From Lama guanicoe (lineage: Eukaryota): a stretch of 64,000 nucleotides of DNA. A program made the position numbers and the translations under genes. The notes below the pieces were generated by a model, which ran no database searches, had not been told where the DNA came from, and saw only the letters and a list, made by a program, of their open reading frames with translations. Location: NCBI GenBank assembly GCA_013239625.1, contig MU054212.1, positions 9,286,898 to 9,350,897 of the forward strand, given 5' to 3'. This document shows, piece by piece, positions 1-12,862 of this stretch. The number at the start of each line of letters is the position of its first letter. Within the stretch, counting starts at the first letter, position 1.

Positions 1-173
1 GTGCCCAGGATGTGGCTGCTCAGGGCCGTCCACTCCCCAGGTCACACCCCCCACTCCCCCCTTTGTGACCCACCTTTAATAGCGTCATCTCAAAAACAAG
101 CCACACTCTCCAAAGCTCAACTTAATTCACACAAGAGGAGTTGGGATTGTAAACAACTCCTCCTGGGTTAAAG

Positions 174-391
174 CAGAAATCAGCCAACACTGGCCCCCAG
201 GCCAGATTCAGCCGGCCATGTATTCTCATAAATAAGGTCTTAAAGGAACACAGCCACATTTTCTTGCTTGTGTTGGCTGTAGTGTTTTGCGCTGCAATGG
301 CAGAGTTGAGAGGTTGTGACAAGACACCGCAGGGACCAGACAGCCTACATTTTTACTCTCAGCTGGGATACAGAAAGTTTGCTGACCCTTG
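174..391. mobile_element. MER58A-like hAT-Charlie MITE
   Basis: Characteristic internal sequence (aaataaggtc..ggaacacagccac, gcagagttgagaggttgtgaca, aaagtttgctgaccc) with degenerate 8-bp flanks ggttaaag/gattaaaa. Confidence 0.7.
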
Positions 392-3300
392 GATTAAAAT
401 GCTGTCCCTTTCTGCCTTTTAAATCCTTGGAGGCAGAGAGGAAACTAAAACTTCGAGATGGTAAAGACAGATGAGAAGTTCCAGGGTTGTTTTATAACTT
501 GGGAGGGATTTTTTATTTTAATTAAGAATTAAGATGCGTTTTTCATCTGAAAACATTTACCCGCATTTCCCAGGTCTGATCTGATACCACGTTAAACTTC
601 CTACATCTCCTCACTGCCTGCAGGATGCAGCCCACACCGCTCATGCTGTTGTCAGAGGTCCCCTGTGGTCTGGTCCCTTCCTGGCTCCCACACTTGGCTT
701 TTACTTGGTCCCACATCTTGGGCACCTCCCTGCTCTGCACACCCTGTGTCTCCGGGAGCCCTGCTGGTGCTCATATGTCCCCTTTTCCTCTGCCTGTTTA
801 GTCCCCTGTCACCTCCAGAATCTGCCTCACCGTGTACTCCTGAGACCCTAGGTTAAGTCATCTAAAGATGACGGACTTTATAACCAAAGAGAATGAATTC
901 CCGCAGGATGGGCGTCTCCCCTTGGTGTCTGCTTAGCACACAGTGTGCGCAGCTAGAAGAAGCCATGTATTTGTTGCCCAAATTGGAAAGCTTTAGAGTG
1001 TAAAGGGGTAGTAATTATAGTGGTAAAACACAGTAAAACTTTTTTAGAGTAAAACTTTTTATAGTGGTAAAAATAAGTAAAACTGAACATGCCAGGTAGA
1101 CTGGACCGTGGGTTTCCTTACATGTCACAGAACCTCAGCAATGAACGAGTGTGGGCAGCATCCATCAGGCACTGTCCTAGGCTCCCCCGAGCATTCGGGT
1201 TCAGAAGATGTTAGGATGGCAGCCAGGATGCTGGGGGCTGCGGTCCGGAGAAGCCCCTGAGAAGCCCCATAAGTGACTTCTAACTGGCGCTGCTGACTCT
1301 TTTTTTTTTTCCCTTTTTAATTTTGCTCTTAACAACCACATTAAATATGAAAAACTCATGATGGCAGTAACAACTTCAACATAAGCGAAAAAAGCAAAGG
1401 CAGTTCCAAGTTTTCTTCAGAGGAGGGGGGTCATGTGGTGCATATGGTTTCTCAGAGTTTCTCATAAACCAGGGGCCGCAAGTTACCATCAAGGAGGCGT
1501 CCTGGCCGGGCCTCCAGGCTGTGTTCTAAGACCCCTACGATTTATGTGGAATCCCCAGTAAAGCTGCACTTCGGGCCTTTTTTTAAATAAATGGCCAAGT
1601 GATTTTCGTATTTCACAGGAGTACAGTATCACTGAATCTGGTTCCTTCTCCTCTTTTTAATGCCGGCCATTGCACGGGGCTTTTACTTTGCTGTGCAGCT
1701 AAGAATGTTCTGGACGAAGGGCTGCCTCTCTTTACCCTTCCCCAGGGTTACCCCGACGGAGACACAGATGATAAGTCAAAAAGTCACCCCGCCTACTACA
1801 ATCCTGACTCCCAGACTATACCCCGAATACGTGCGCGCATTATTATTACATCAAAGAATCACAGGTTAGGGATCTCTGGGGTTTGGTCTTTCCAAACCCT
1901 CTGCCTGGTAGGCAGTTTTGGATACGGAGTTAGGAGAAGAAAATTCAATTATGATTTGTCAGTGCAAAGGGAGCCTTTGGGTGACTAACAGTAGACTGAG
2001 CTGTGACAAACCACAGCCCTGAGCACTTGACGTGGGACATTCTGATTGTCTGCTTTGCTACATGGAAAGAAAGGTGCCCTTTTTAAAAGGCCTCCATTTC
2101 TCAGAAAAACCAAGAAGTGATAGGAGAGAATGACTGTGTAAACAAGACAGAATATAAGATGAGAGAAGAAAATGGAGAAGATCAGAAGGTGAGGAAAATA
2201 ATACTGTTAAATGCTGAGCAGAAGAGACTGTCAGTCTAGACAAAGCATAAAACAAGGGTAAGAATCAAGTGAAACAGCGCTGCAGTGTTGTGGGCGTGAG
2301 GCCGGGAATCACTGGTACCCAGAAGACCCGAGACATCCCGTGCACGAGTCCCTCCGTGCCTCAGCAGCCCTTGCAGGCTTTGTGTGCGAGGCTCACCGTG
2401 GCACCAGGGGATCGAGGGTGGCATCAGCACCTGCGCCCTCGTGACCCCAGCCTTCGAGGGTCGTGAGCCCCTGTGCCTTGGTGGACTCAAAGGCAGTACG
2501 ATGAAAACCACCTTAGGAGATGGAGTGCAGTATCTCTAATGGGACATAACAAGTTGTGCTAATTTTAAAAGAGAAAATGGAAAACCATTTCTGCCTGGAA
2601 AGGACAAAGAGGAAAAGACGTTCCTGGGTTTGTACAATATGGGTTTATTTTCACAAACTGATGAAAGCGGTTAGAAAGGCAGGCTGCTCAGTTTCTCTGC
2701 ACCTGCAGAAAGACTTCTGCTTCCAGAAAGGAGCAGCCAGCCACCTCTCCTGCTACGATAACCAGAAACTTTAAAAAAAAAATAACAAACACTTTCTATT
2801 AAAATACACCAGAGAATTGTGAAAGGGAAGAGGACCAGGCGACCTAGAATTGTAGGTGAGCTGAGAGCACCTCTTTTAGAGCATTTGCCATGTCTGGGCA
2901 CAGGCTGAGAACGTGCTGTGGACAGAGTGACTTTAGTAAGTAAAGAGAAAGCAGCAGAACTTCCAGTAGTCCTGTGAGCTGGCGTAAGAGTTTGGCGAAG
3001 AGGAGCTTCGAATGTTTTCTCCATGGGACGTTTGCCGAGTGCTGGGGCAGCGTGGGAAGGGGGTGGCTGAGCCAGGAAGGCTGCGGGGAAGCTCCTACAG
3101 TGTTGAAGTTCTGAAGGAACAAAGACAAGCTGGAGCGAGCACCTTCAACAAACACATACAGAGAGTTACAGACAAAATGTTTAAAGGCAGAGGTGGGCTG
3201 ATGCTCAGCAAAACTGCTCTCTGGCCCCAGCACTGCTCAGTCCTGTGCTGTGTCTGCTTAACAGAAAAGGGTAAAGACTAGGGGGAAATGGCACTGACTT

Positions 3301-4929
3301 CAGTCTCTGCCTCCCATTAGAAAGCTTGGACCATCCTGAGAAAGCAGAAAAATTCAGCAATTTCCAAAACTCACTTCTGAGAGGAACGTATTTTTAAGGG
3401 GTCTCATGATGCTGAAAAAAATAGTCTTTTGATGGGAGTAAGTTGATCAAATTCCCTCAGGTATTAGCAGAAAAAGTAAAATTTCCTGAATTTGTATCTC
3501 CCAGCACTGTAGGTACACTCCCCTTATAAAACAAAACGATTTTTTTAAATGACCACCACAACAAAGACCTTGTCACCAGGAAACCTCTTTATCCTATGGC
3601 TGCAGGTCTCAAATACATGCAGATGGTAGAGCACTGGAATCCTGGTAGTCCTTTTGCAAAGTGTGAATTACTTATGTATTTAATTCAGTCATGTGAATTT
3701 TACTAGCAGAAAATTTGACTAAATTATTGCACAGTACATATTTGCAGTAAACTTTCAACCACAAACACATGCCCATAAAATTTACAGTCTACTGAACTGT
3801 GATCAACTTCCCAACTCTTTCCATCAATATCCAAACACCAAAAGTTCTGAAAAATTAGTATAGGGGAACTCAAAATTTAAGACTTATATTTATTAATATT
3901 TTCTCCCCTGTGGTTTGGGAAAAGCCGGCTGTTCCTCAGCTTTCACTGGACTTTGGTCAGGTTCAGGGTACCTTTGTTCCATAAACAGAGTTTGAAAGCA
4001 CTTGCTGACAGGTTTTTCATGTGGTGTGTTTATTACAAAGAGAAGTGTAGGTAAAGGAAGCTCACAATTTTGAGCACATTGTACGTATTTTTTCTTACAG
4101 AAGCATAATTCCCATCTCACAGAAGAGATTTCACAGGAAGTTGATCAATTACAAAGACACAGTTCTTGACATATTAAAATAGCATTAAGTTCTGACTGAT
4201 GTCACTTGGGAACCCATGTTTTTGTGGTACTTTCTTGCTGGTCTATAAACAGATGCTTTTATGCCAGATGTGGACTGTCTTAACATACAGCTATTTATAG
4301 ACATTTTTTCTGATCAGATGAATGTACCAAAGAAAAAGCTGTGTTAATTCCCCTTTGCTGATTGAAGAGGGCAGTCCTGTTATGTTTTTTAAAGGCTAGG
4401 TAATCCAAAGGTAAACCATAGGTTACAAAATCCATTGGCTTTTTGATAAACTGGGTAAGAAGTTAGGGTTAGTTGACATTTACTAGGCACATACAACCAT
4501 AGACAGCTGACTTAACTGATGTCTCTGGACATTGCTGGATGCACATCCCTGGGGATCTGATGTGCCCAGCAGTGTATGGCGTGGGGAGTCTGCCCGCCCG
4601 CCATCACAGGACCTGGCAGATGGAGGCACATCCAGGAATCTAAAGTCAGAGGACAGTGAGGAATGAGAACACAGCTGTGTGACCCGGTAGTGTCACTTCA
4701 GCACCCCAGCTGTGGATTTGTGGGAGGTCAGAGCCTGGGGGGTGACAGTCACTGCACAGGTCACTGCGGTGCCCCTGTGATGAGGATGGGGGAGTCCTCT
4801 GGATGCGTCAGGCTCGACCCTGACTCTGGCCTCGGCTGTGCTGCTGACCCAGCTTCGCTGCCACGGGAGCAATGCTGCGTTTCCCTTCTCTCTGAGTACC
4901 CGGTCCTCTCCGGTTGTTTGATTCTTCAG

Positions 4930-5091
4930 GATCCGCCAGTTCGTGGACTATGGGGATGGATGACTCGCCTAACGTCACAGATGATGCGGCTGACGAGATC
5001 ATGGACCGCATCGTCAAGTCGGCCACCCAAGTGCCCAGTCAGCGCGTGGTGCCGCGGGAGAGGAAGCGCTCCCGGGCCAACCGGAAGTCTC
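4930..5091 (+). CDS. FHOD3: FHOD3 penultimate coding exon (DAD region)
   Basis: Bounded by ttcttcag| and |gtaagt. Encodes (G)SASSWTMGMDDSPNVTDDAADEIMDRIVKSATQVPSQRVVPRERKRSRANRKS, which matches the FHOD3 C-terminus as I recall it. 162 nt, phase 1-1. Confidence 0.96.
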
Positions 5092-6589
5092 GTAAGTGCC
5101 TTGGGGTTAGGGGGCGGGGCTCGGCCTGCGGGGACCGGCCCTCCGGCTCTTTGACCAGGAAGGACAGGGACTCAGGGGCGGGCTCCAGTGAATTGTCAGT
5201 GGTGTGTGGAGGGCCCACCTGTGCTGGTCAACAATAAGTTTCATGCGGGACAGTCACCGTCGGCCACTGGGGAAGAGGGGCGCTCCAGCCACCTGTCCAG
5301 TGCGTTTGCCATTTCTGGCCAGGCCTTCCTCAAGTCCCACTTTGTCCGCAGGGAGCCCTGAAAGTCCACTAGCTGACTCTGGTGGACAGGGCTGGGCGCA
5401 CTGGGGCCTGTGGCCACGTGCTGCCCCGGATGCTTTGCTCAGACCCTATTTCTGCCCCTTACCCAGCATTAGGGGCTATTTTCTGGGCTGGAGACTATTT
5501 CTCCAGGGGTTCACTGCTGTCCGTGAACATGCTGAAGGTGAAACCAGGGGTAGCAAGTGATTTTATGGTCAATAGGATGGTTAAAATAGTTAATGTTAAA
5601 ATAAGTTAGGGTTTACATTGTTAATGCTAGCCTAGGTTGACCAGTTTTTGTTTTTGATTTTCCCTACCAAGTAGGGGATTCACCTAAATCGAAGCTACTT
5701 ATTTTCCCCTTTAGTCTCAGCCCGATTGCCTCCCCATTTCCTGGCTCCCAAAAGTGAAAGGGGAGTGACTGTCAGCAGGCAGGTGTTCCCTAAGAGCTCA
5801 AACTCAGAGAACCCCCACATGGTGCCACCCTCGAGATTCATGCAGGAGGTGGTTGAGTTTGGGGCTGCATCCTTCAGACCCCATGGTTCTGTTTGACCTG
5901 TTGACATGCTTGTTTCCAGGGTAAAGGGCAGGAAACCAAATTGCTGCAGTCTGTCTGACTCTGCTCCTTTTATATCATTAGCTTTAGATTCTAATAGGAA
6001 TTTTTCCCCAGAAAGGAAGGCACCACTTGACAACTCCTCCAGGGAGAAACAGGGCTTCTTAAACCGCGGAGTCTGCGGGACGGGGGCCATGATTCTCATG
6101 CTGTAAGATGGGTGGCTGAGAGTCTGTTTTTGCATACTTCTGGATGATGACCATCCTGCTGGTGTACACTTCGAGTAACTTCTTGCGTGGTGGCTCCCAG
6201 CCACAGCCGCACATTAGAACCTTCAGAGCTTTAAAAATTCCAAGCGTCTGGGCTATACCCAAGCCGACCGCCTCAGAGCCTCTGGGGTGGGGCCCTGCCT
6301 GTGCCCCTCGGGTGATTAGTGGCATTAGGAGGAGGATTCTGAGTCCACTTTCTGTGCCCTCTGCCACATTCCCTTCATTTTTCAAATGGAGAACTGTCCT
6401 TCAAGATGACTGGCTTTTTACATCTGCAGGAGTATGTCTGGGGGTCCAACATCAGTGTCTAAGAACTTATCAATATCTAAGACCTTTACGTTAATTTTTT
6501 CCAACAGCTTACTATTTCCTAGTGCCGCTGCGAATTCTTTGCCATTCTCTGGTGCAACCGTGTAAGGACTTGGCTAGGGACTTGCTACA

Positions 6590-6735
6590 TAAAGTTGTCC
6601 CTTGGACAATATGGACATCTCCTGGAGGCTGGTTAGAAATGCATATTCATGGGGCCTTCTCCAGGGCAACTGATTCAGAATCTGCATTTAACAAGATCTC
6701 CAGGCGTCCTGTGTATAGTATAATAAGTTGGAGCT
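6590..6735. mobile_element. MER5-like DNA transposon remnant
   Basis: Contains ttagaaatgca...ctgattcagaatctgcatttaacaagatctccagg. Confidence 0.55.
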
Positions 6736-7074
6736 ACGGCAAGGGGAGGTGAAGGGGATGAGGCCAGGAATGAAACTGCCGGATCCTCAGGTGTGCACAT
6801 CTTCGGGGTCAGAGTCTTCTCCAAAGGGGTGAGGTTAACCCACACCCCTCCACACTGCATGCTGAATCTCAGGTTTGCTCCAGGCCAGGCCAGCACTTCC
6901 CTTTTAACCTGTCTGAAGGGTGTGAAAGAGAATTCCTTATGGCTTTCACTGACTTTTCCCTGCACACCAGGAAGGCTGACCCTCTTGTGATTTGCATCTC
7001 TTCTTTTGTATACGGCTTGTCCATTTCTCTTGCTCTTTTTCATAAGAAATCTCTTTCTTAAAGAGCATTTTTTA

Positions 7075-7275
7075 ATTTTAACTTTTTAACTGAAGTATAG
7101 TTGATTTACAATGTTTCAGGTGTGCAGCAAAGTGATTTAGCTCTATGTACATACAAGTATGTATTCTTTTTCAGATTCTTTTCCATTATAGGTAATTACA
7201 AGATTTTGAATATAGTTCCCTGTGCTGCACAGCAGGTCCTTGTTGTTTATCTCTTTTATATATAGTAGTGTGCTA
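7075..7275 (-). mobile_element. 5'-truncated artiodactyl-type L1 3' end
   Basis: Contains gaagtatagttgatttacaat...gaatatagttccctgtgct, preceded by a T-rich tail. Confidence 0.75.
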
Positions 7276-10200
7276 AATAATTCTTTTAATGAAACTTATG
7301 AAAGGCTTTTTGAGGTCTCAAGTGGATTATCTGCAGTATTTGCCTTCTGTTGCCCTCCTATTATTTACTTCAACAAACTGACAACCAAATGGCAGAATCC
7401 TTGCACCAGTTAGCTCCTGGTCTTCCTACAGCGGGCAGCCTCAGTGCAAGAGTCTCTACTGGGAAGAGCCAGGCAAAGCAGGTGGGGGAGCAGGGAGGTC
7501 AGACCCAGGGAGAGGGGCAGAGAAAGGATTCTAGACCCAAACGAAGGAGGGCAGGGTTGGGCCAGAGACCACAGAAAAGGAGGCTGCATGAGACAGTGGC
7601 CTGGCCAGTCCAAGAGGCCCAGGGTATGTCCTCTTCCTGTAAGTTACACATCTGTGTTAGCCAAGAGTGCTGGCTCCGCCTTCTGGTCTAGAGAGAACCA
7701 GATTCTTAGACACATAATGTCACTGGGAACAATAGCACGGTCATAATTAATTTTCCTCTCCCATCTGGCCAGAGAGATATTTTGCCTGTTTTTGTGGTTG
7801 ACATAAAATAATTTCCTGTGGTATCGTTTCCATTCCAATCTTATGCAAAGCAGCCCTATATCCTTTTTCATTTAGCCAAACACATTTTATCCTGTGATGC
7901 AGTTACTACAACAAATACAGCAGAGAATGTGTTTATCTTTAGCAGGTTTAATTTATTACTCATGGTACCATCAACAGACATTTAAGAGGGGGAAAATTAC
8001 TTTGATTTCTGTTATAAAGGGATGATAAATTCCAGCTTTCCATAAGAAGTTAAAGGAATGAGGGGGGAAAAAAAACGATCTGCAAAATCAGTGTGAAGTT
8101 TCGGGGTAGGGCCTCACCCTGAAATAATGCTGCATTTGATCTGATTGTTTAATGGTGGCGATGAGGCAAGGGGGTCACGAATAACCAACATACTTGGGTT
8201 GTAACTCATTGGGCTAAAGATAATAATAGTCCAGCTATGGCAGGAAACCAAACAGAATCCAGCCCGTCACCTCGAAATTTATGACCTGCAAGCCCCTCGA
8301 GCGAGAGTCCTCTGCGATAATGAAACATCTGCTTTCATGTCTGATGCTGGTGGCTAGGCCCACACCCGCCAGATGTCCTGCTTAAAGCGTGAAACGTGCG
8401 GCCGGTTAGGAGCACGCTGAGGGCATCTGAATTGATTCCCAGGTTCCCGGGCTCAGCTCTGCTGCCTCTCCAGCAGGTGCCATCAGGGTCTCACTACGTG
8501 AAATGTTCCCAATTGTCCGGTTGATTCCTAGCCTGGGAATCGTTGCCGCGTTGAATACCCCAGATCCCAGCCAGGGCTCTTGTGGAACCGGCTGGTGGAG
8601 ATGGGCGAGGGAGCGCGTCCTCCGAGCTCTCTGCTTTTCCTTATATTGGCTTCTCTTTTCGTCATAATGGGGCAAGTACTTTGTCCTGGGGTTGCTTGTT
8701 CTCTTGGGCCTCCCGGATGTTGGCCTTCCCTAGAAAGCCCTGAAGCTGCCTGGCATGCGGGGTCCCCCTCTCCGTGTGATTCTGCAGGACCGGCCTGGGG
8801 GCTGGGGAGGAAAAGGGCTCCTCCCTTGCATCCTTTGCTCTGGGACCCATCATTGGAAGAGGGTCCCCGTCCAGCTGGCTGCCCGCTTGAGGCCACTCGC
8901 TCAGACTGTCCCAGACCAGAGGGAGGGTTAGGGACTCATGGTCTGCCTTTTGCTTTTTCCTGGGGGAGCCGAAGTCCTGTCAGGTTGAGAGAGGCCGGTC
9001 GCCCCCACTTCTGCCGAGTTTCTCTCCAGGAGGGAGTCTGGGCCGCACCTGTGACGTGACCATGGAGTTTGGGGCTCAGGGCTCTGTGTCTATAAAAATG
9101 TGACCACTTGGATGTCACCTACAAGTAATCCAGCAGTTTCTCAGGAACATAAGGTTGGCCGCCCCTGTGAGAACAATTTCTCATTGGGAACGGCCAGAAG
9201 TCCGATCCTGGGGCCACTGGGAGAGGAACCCAGATCTCTGACTTGGTTTCCTGCTTTGAGTCTCACCCCGCCTCCCATGAAGCGTCAGCATGTTTCTCCA
9301 AAGGCACATGACATAGTTCACGTGGATCGGACGTAACTTAAATCTCATTTTACAGAATATTGAGGGATGTTGCCATGCTCTCTGTTCAACAGAATTCCGC
9401 TGAGAAGGAGAATGAACACATCTTAAAAAATGATTGACTCGTTCAGGGGAAACAGGAGACATGCCTCACAAAATGTTAGATTCAGCCCCGGATCTGATCA
9501 GTGCTCAGCTTAGTTCAGCTGTCTCTGCTTTTCCAAAATGGTATTTGAAAATGTCCAGGAATTTTCCCACTAATCCCGTTAAGAAACATTTGCCTGCATG
9601 TTACTTAAATAGGACTAACCTACTTACTAATTTTACATTCTTTTATAAGGCAAGCTAAGAATGCCGTGGGCCAGTGGCTTTAAAACTAATGCTCTTAGAA
9701 TACAGGAAAATCAGATGTGAATGGAAAAGACTAAAGTTTCTTAATCAAATTTTTGTCTTCTCAGCATCATTCCCCTTCACTCAGCACTTACTTGTTCTTA
9801 GAGCTCATGAAGGCTGGACTGATCCCTCCCCTAATGACAGCTAAGGGCAACCACCCATGTGGATAGGACACAGGATGGGAAGATAAGAAGTCCAAGAGAA
9901 CCAAAAGTCTCTTCCCTAAGCCCAGCTGGAGATTAACTGCACTTTAGCAAGCCACCTAAGGGCTTCTGCCTCTTGGGAGAAATGCCACCACCACCAGTGC
10001 CCATTTCAAGCCGCAGGAATAGAATGACCAGAACAGGAGGGAGCTGACCGTGGCTCTCTGATTCCCTGGAGCCTAAGCCTATGGTGGGTTTCAAGCACCT
10101 CTCACTAGAAAAGGAAGATGGGGAAGTGAGGAAGGCATTTTCAGCCTGCGCTCTGTGTCAGGAGTGTCTTGGAGGCAGGGGTGGCTGGGCACAGGGAAGG

Positions 10201-10789
10201 AACTTTGAAGGGGTTTGCCAGGGGAGTGGGCTGGGAGCCATAATTAGAGTCTGGGTACTGGGGAGAGAAGTGAGGCCCAAATCAGCACAGACCCCAGATC
10301 ACCTGGGCCCTGGAGGCAGGTCCAGAACAAAGGCTGACAGGCCTCACACCCAAGCCCGTGAGGGTGGAAACAGCTCCGTGCTCTGCGGCAGGGCCAGGCC
10401 AGTGGCCAGGACTCTGATGTGGCAAGGAGAAGTCCTGGGGCTTAGAGAGGTGAGCTCAGAATGGGTCTCTGGTGGTTTCGCATTCGGACAGATCGCCCTC
10501 CCAAATTGGGAGCTAGCACATCGGAAATGGAGACTGGCTGGTGTGTCCTCCACCACGTCTGTCTGGGTGCCAGGCACCCATTTGGTTCAGATTGGAGGTT
10601 CAAGAGGAGGGAGGATCTGTCAAATAGAGGAATCTGAGAATTTGTCTGTCCTGCCTCTGAGAGCTGTTCTAAGGGCAAAGCAGAGGGGTTTCTCATTCGG
10701 GTGCTTTGGAAAGTGTTGAGTCTCAGACATCGAGTTTAAATCAACCAGGTTTGGGAACTTTGGTTTCCTATTGGCACTACTCCAAGTTT

Positions 10790-11170
10790 CATTTTTTTAG
10801 CTATTTATTTTGGAAGGATTTTAGACTTAACCAAAAAAAGTTACAAACAGCACAGAGTTGCCTTATATCTGTCACCCAGGTTCCCTTCATGTTAGCGCCC
10901 TGCGCCCTGTAGGGCAGTGTGTCAAAAGCCTGATTCAACTCTTAACTCAACTGTGGGCGTGACTCCGGTTTCACCCATTTTCCCACCGATGCCCTCTTTC
11001 TGTTCCATGATCCCACCCAGGGTCCCCCGTCGTGTTGACTCATCACGTCTCCTTAGTCTCCTCTGATCTGTGGAGGACCCTTCATGATGGCTGACACTTC
11101 TGAAAAGCACACAGCAGTTATTTTGTAGAATGCTGTCAATTTGAGAAACTGCTGCTTTTAATGGACAGGA
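10790..11170 (-). mobile_element. old L1 (L1MC/L1ME-like) 3' fragment
   Basis: Contains ttttagacttaac..aaagttaca...cagttattttgtagaatg, typical of an ancient L1 3' UTR. Confidence 0.5.
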
Positions 11171-12722
11171 TTTTACATGGGAAAAAAAAAAAGGATGGAG
11201 AGTGCAAATAAGCAAAATAACCCAAATGGTTAAGTAAGACATCTTCAAGTTCTGATAAGAGTCCCTGTCACCTTAGACACACGGCTCTCAATATATTCAG
11301 TAGGAAAATCTTTAGAATCTTAGGGATTCCAAAAAAAACCCAATTTATTTCCAAATTGCTTAACATTATGTGCAAAATAATGAAAAACTGTCAGCTATCC
11401 ACAGGTGAAAGAACACATGTGGGTTTCCGTCACAGGGAAGGAAGACTCAGTACATTCGCCATCAGTGTGGAAGCTGCTCAGAGCAGGTGTTGCCGGGCTC
11501 GTCAGGGCACCGCGGTTTCCAGGGTGGGCTGTGAGTCCAGCGTCCCAGCTCGAGTCTTTCTCTGCCACTCACTGTGTGTGCACGGGCCGGAGACTTGACC
11601 TCTCTGTGCCACGGTCGCTTGCTCACTGGGGAGGTGATCCCGGTAACCATCCCAGAGGGTTTGAAGGAAATAAGCCACGGTAGTGCTCAGGAAATGACAG
11701 CCACTGTTACTCTCAGATTTAGACTCATCTTAGCCGGGGTCACCTGAGAGCACTTTGTAGGATTCAAAGATTTTTTTTCAATTTAAAAGGAGAGGGGAAA
11801 AGAAATAACTTAGGGTTTCCCCCTGAGTCCCCAGCCGCCATGTGCTGCACGTTGACAGCAGAGGCACCCCCGTGTCAGATCCCACCACTGGCACCGCGGC
11901 ATCCTGAGAGCTGTCACAGGGCGTGGGGCATCAAGTGACCGCTGGTGCCAGCGAAGTGACCCACGCCGTCTATGGAAGGGCTGCGAGGCAGAGAGGGGTA
12001 AACATTTCCACGGTCTGTTCTCTGTTAAGCAGCTGCGGGGAGGGGGGGCGGTCACATGTGACAGACTTGGGGAGCCGTCAGAGGGGTCAAGCGGGAGGCA
12101 GGAGTGGGCAGTGGGGAGGGGCCCAGACGTTCCCTCATCAGATGTCAGCCAGCCCCTCACCCCCACTGCCCGCCAGCACTGGAGAGGGACCCCTGTTTGA
12201 TGGAAGTCTCGTTTCTCTTGTGCTGGTTTCATCTCCTGCCAGCCCCGGTGTGCTGGTGCCCTCCTCTTATGTCCTCAGCCTCGTTTGGCTTTCTGGAAAC
12301 CTACCGAATGAGAGCTCGCTCCTTGTGCCCAGAGGGTCTGCCGCCCTGCACGGTTCCCCTCACTCTGGGTCCCCGTTGGCCCCCAGCTTCCTTGATGCAT
12401 CACTTAGCTCAGGGTGGAGACTCAGGCATAAACGTTTGTGGAATAAACGAGTGAACTGACCAGCAGGCAGTTGGACGAGCAGACTCTGAAAGAGGCCCTG
12501 TCGAGGTGTGACCTGACTCTTGAATCGGGGTGCAAAGCTAATTTCAGCTGATTGCTTTCATTTCACACCTTCTTCCACCTGGTCATGTGAATGAGCTTTG
12601 AGACTTTAGCAAAGGAAGGGTTTGAAATTCTCAAGGTCCTTTTCAGGGTTAATATGTTTCTGGGAGAATTGATCTGAATTGTCATGAAGGCCCACAGAAC
12701 GTAGGATTCCATAAATTAGGCG

Positions 12723-12862
12723 GAGGGACCTGATTATGCTGGCTTCTCCCCACACACAGAAGCCCAAGCAGGACAGGCGGATTTTCCTATGCTAGACACA
12801 TGCAGCAAGCAGAGGGACCTGATTATGCTGGCTTCTCCCCACACACAGAAGCCCAAGCAGGA
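12723..12862. repeat. 51-bp perfect direct repeat, two copies
   Basis: gagggacctgattatgctggcttctccccacacacagaagcccaagcagga at 12723-12773 and 12812-12862. Confidence 0.95.

Noticed and set aside
135..162. 9-bp perfect inverted repeat (gaggagttg/caactcctc)
   Set aside because: Stems of this length are expected by chance in 64 kb, and it has no ncRNA hallmarks.
1010..1085. Short local repeats (tatagtggtaaaa, agtaaaacttttt)
   Set aside because: Low-complexity slippage products with no regular repeat-spacer structure.
10081..10719. 212-aa ATG ORF in the last FHOD3 intron
   Set aside because: No domain similarity that I recognise, and the composition is typical of a chance ORF in G-rich intron.
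12723..12862. CRISPR-like repeat-spacer-repeat reading
   Set aside because: Only two copies, in a mammalian intron, with no cas genes.
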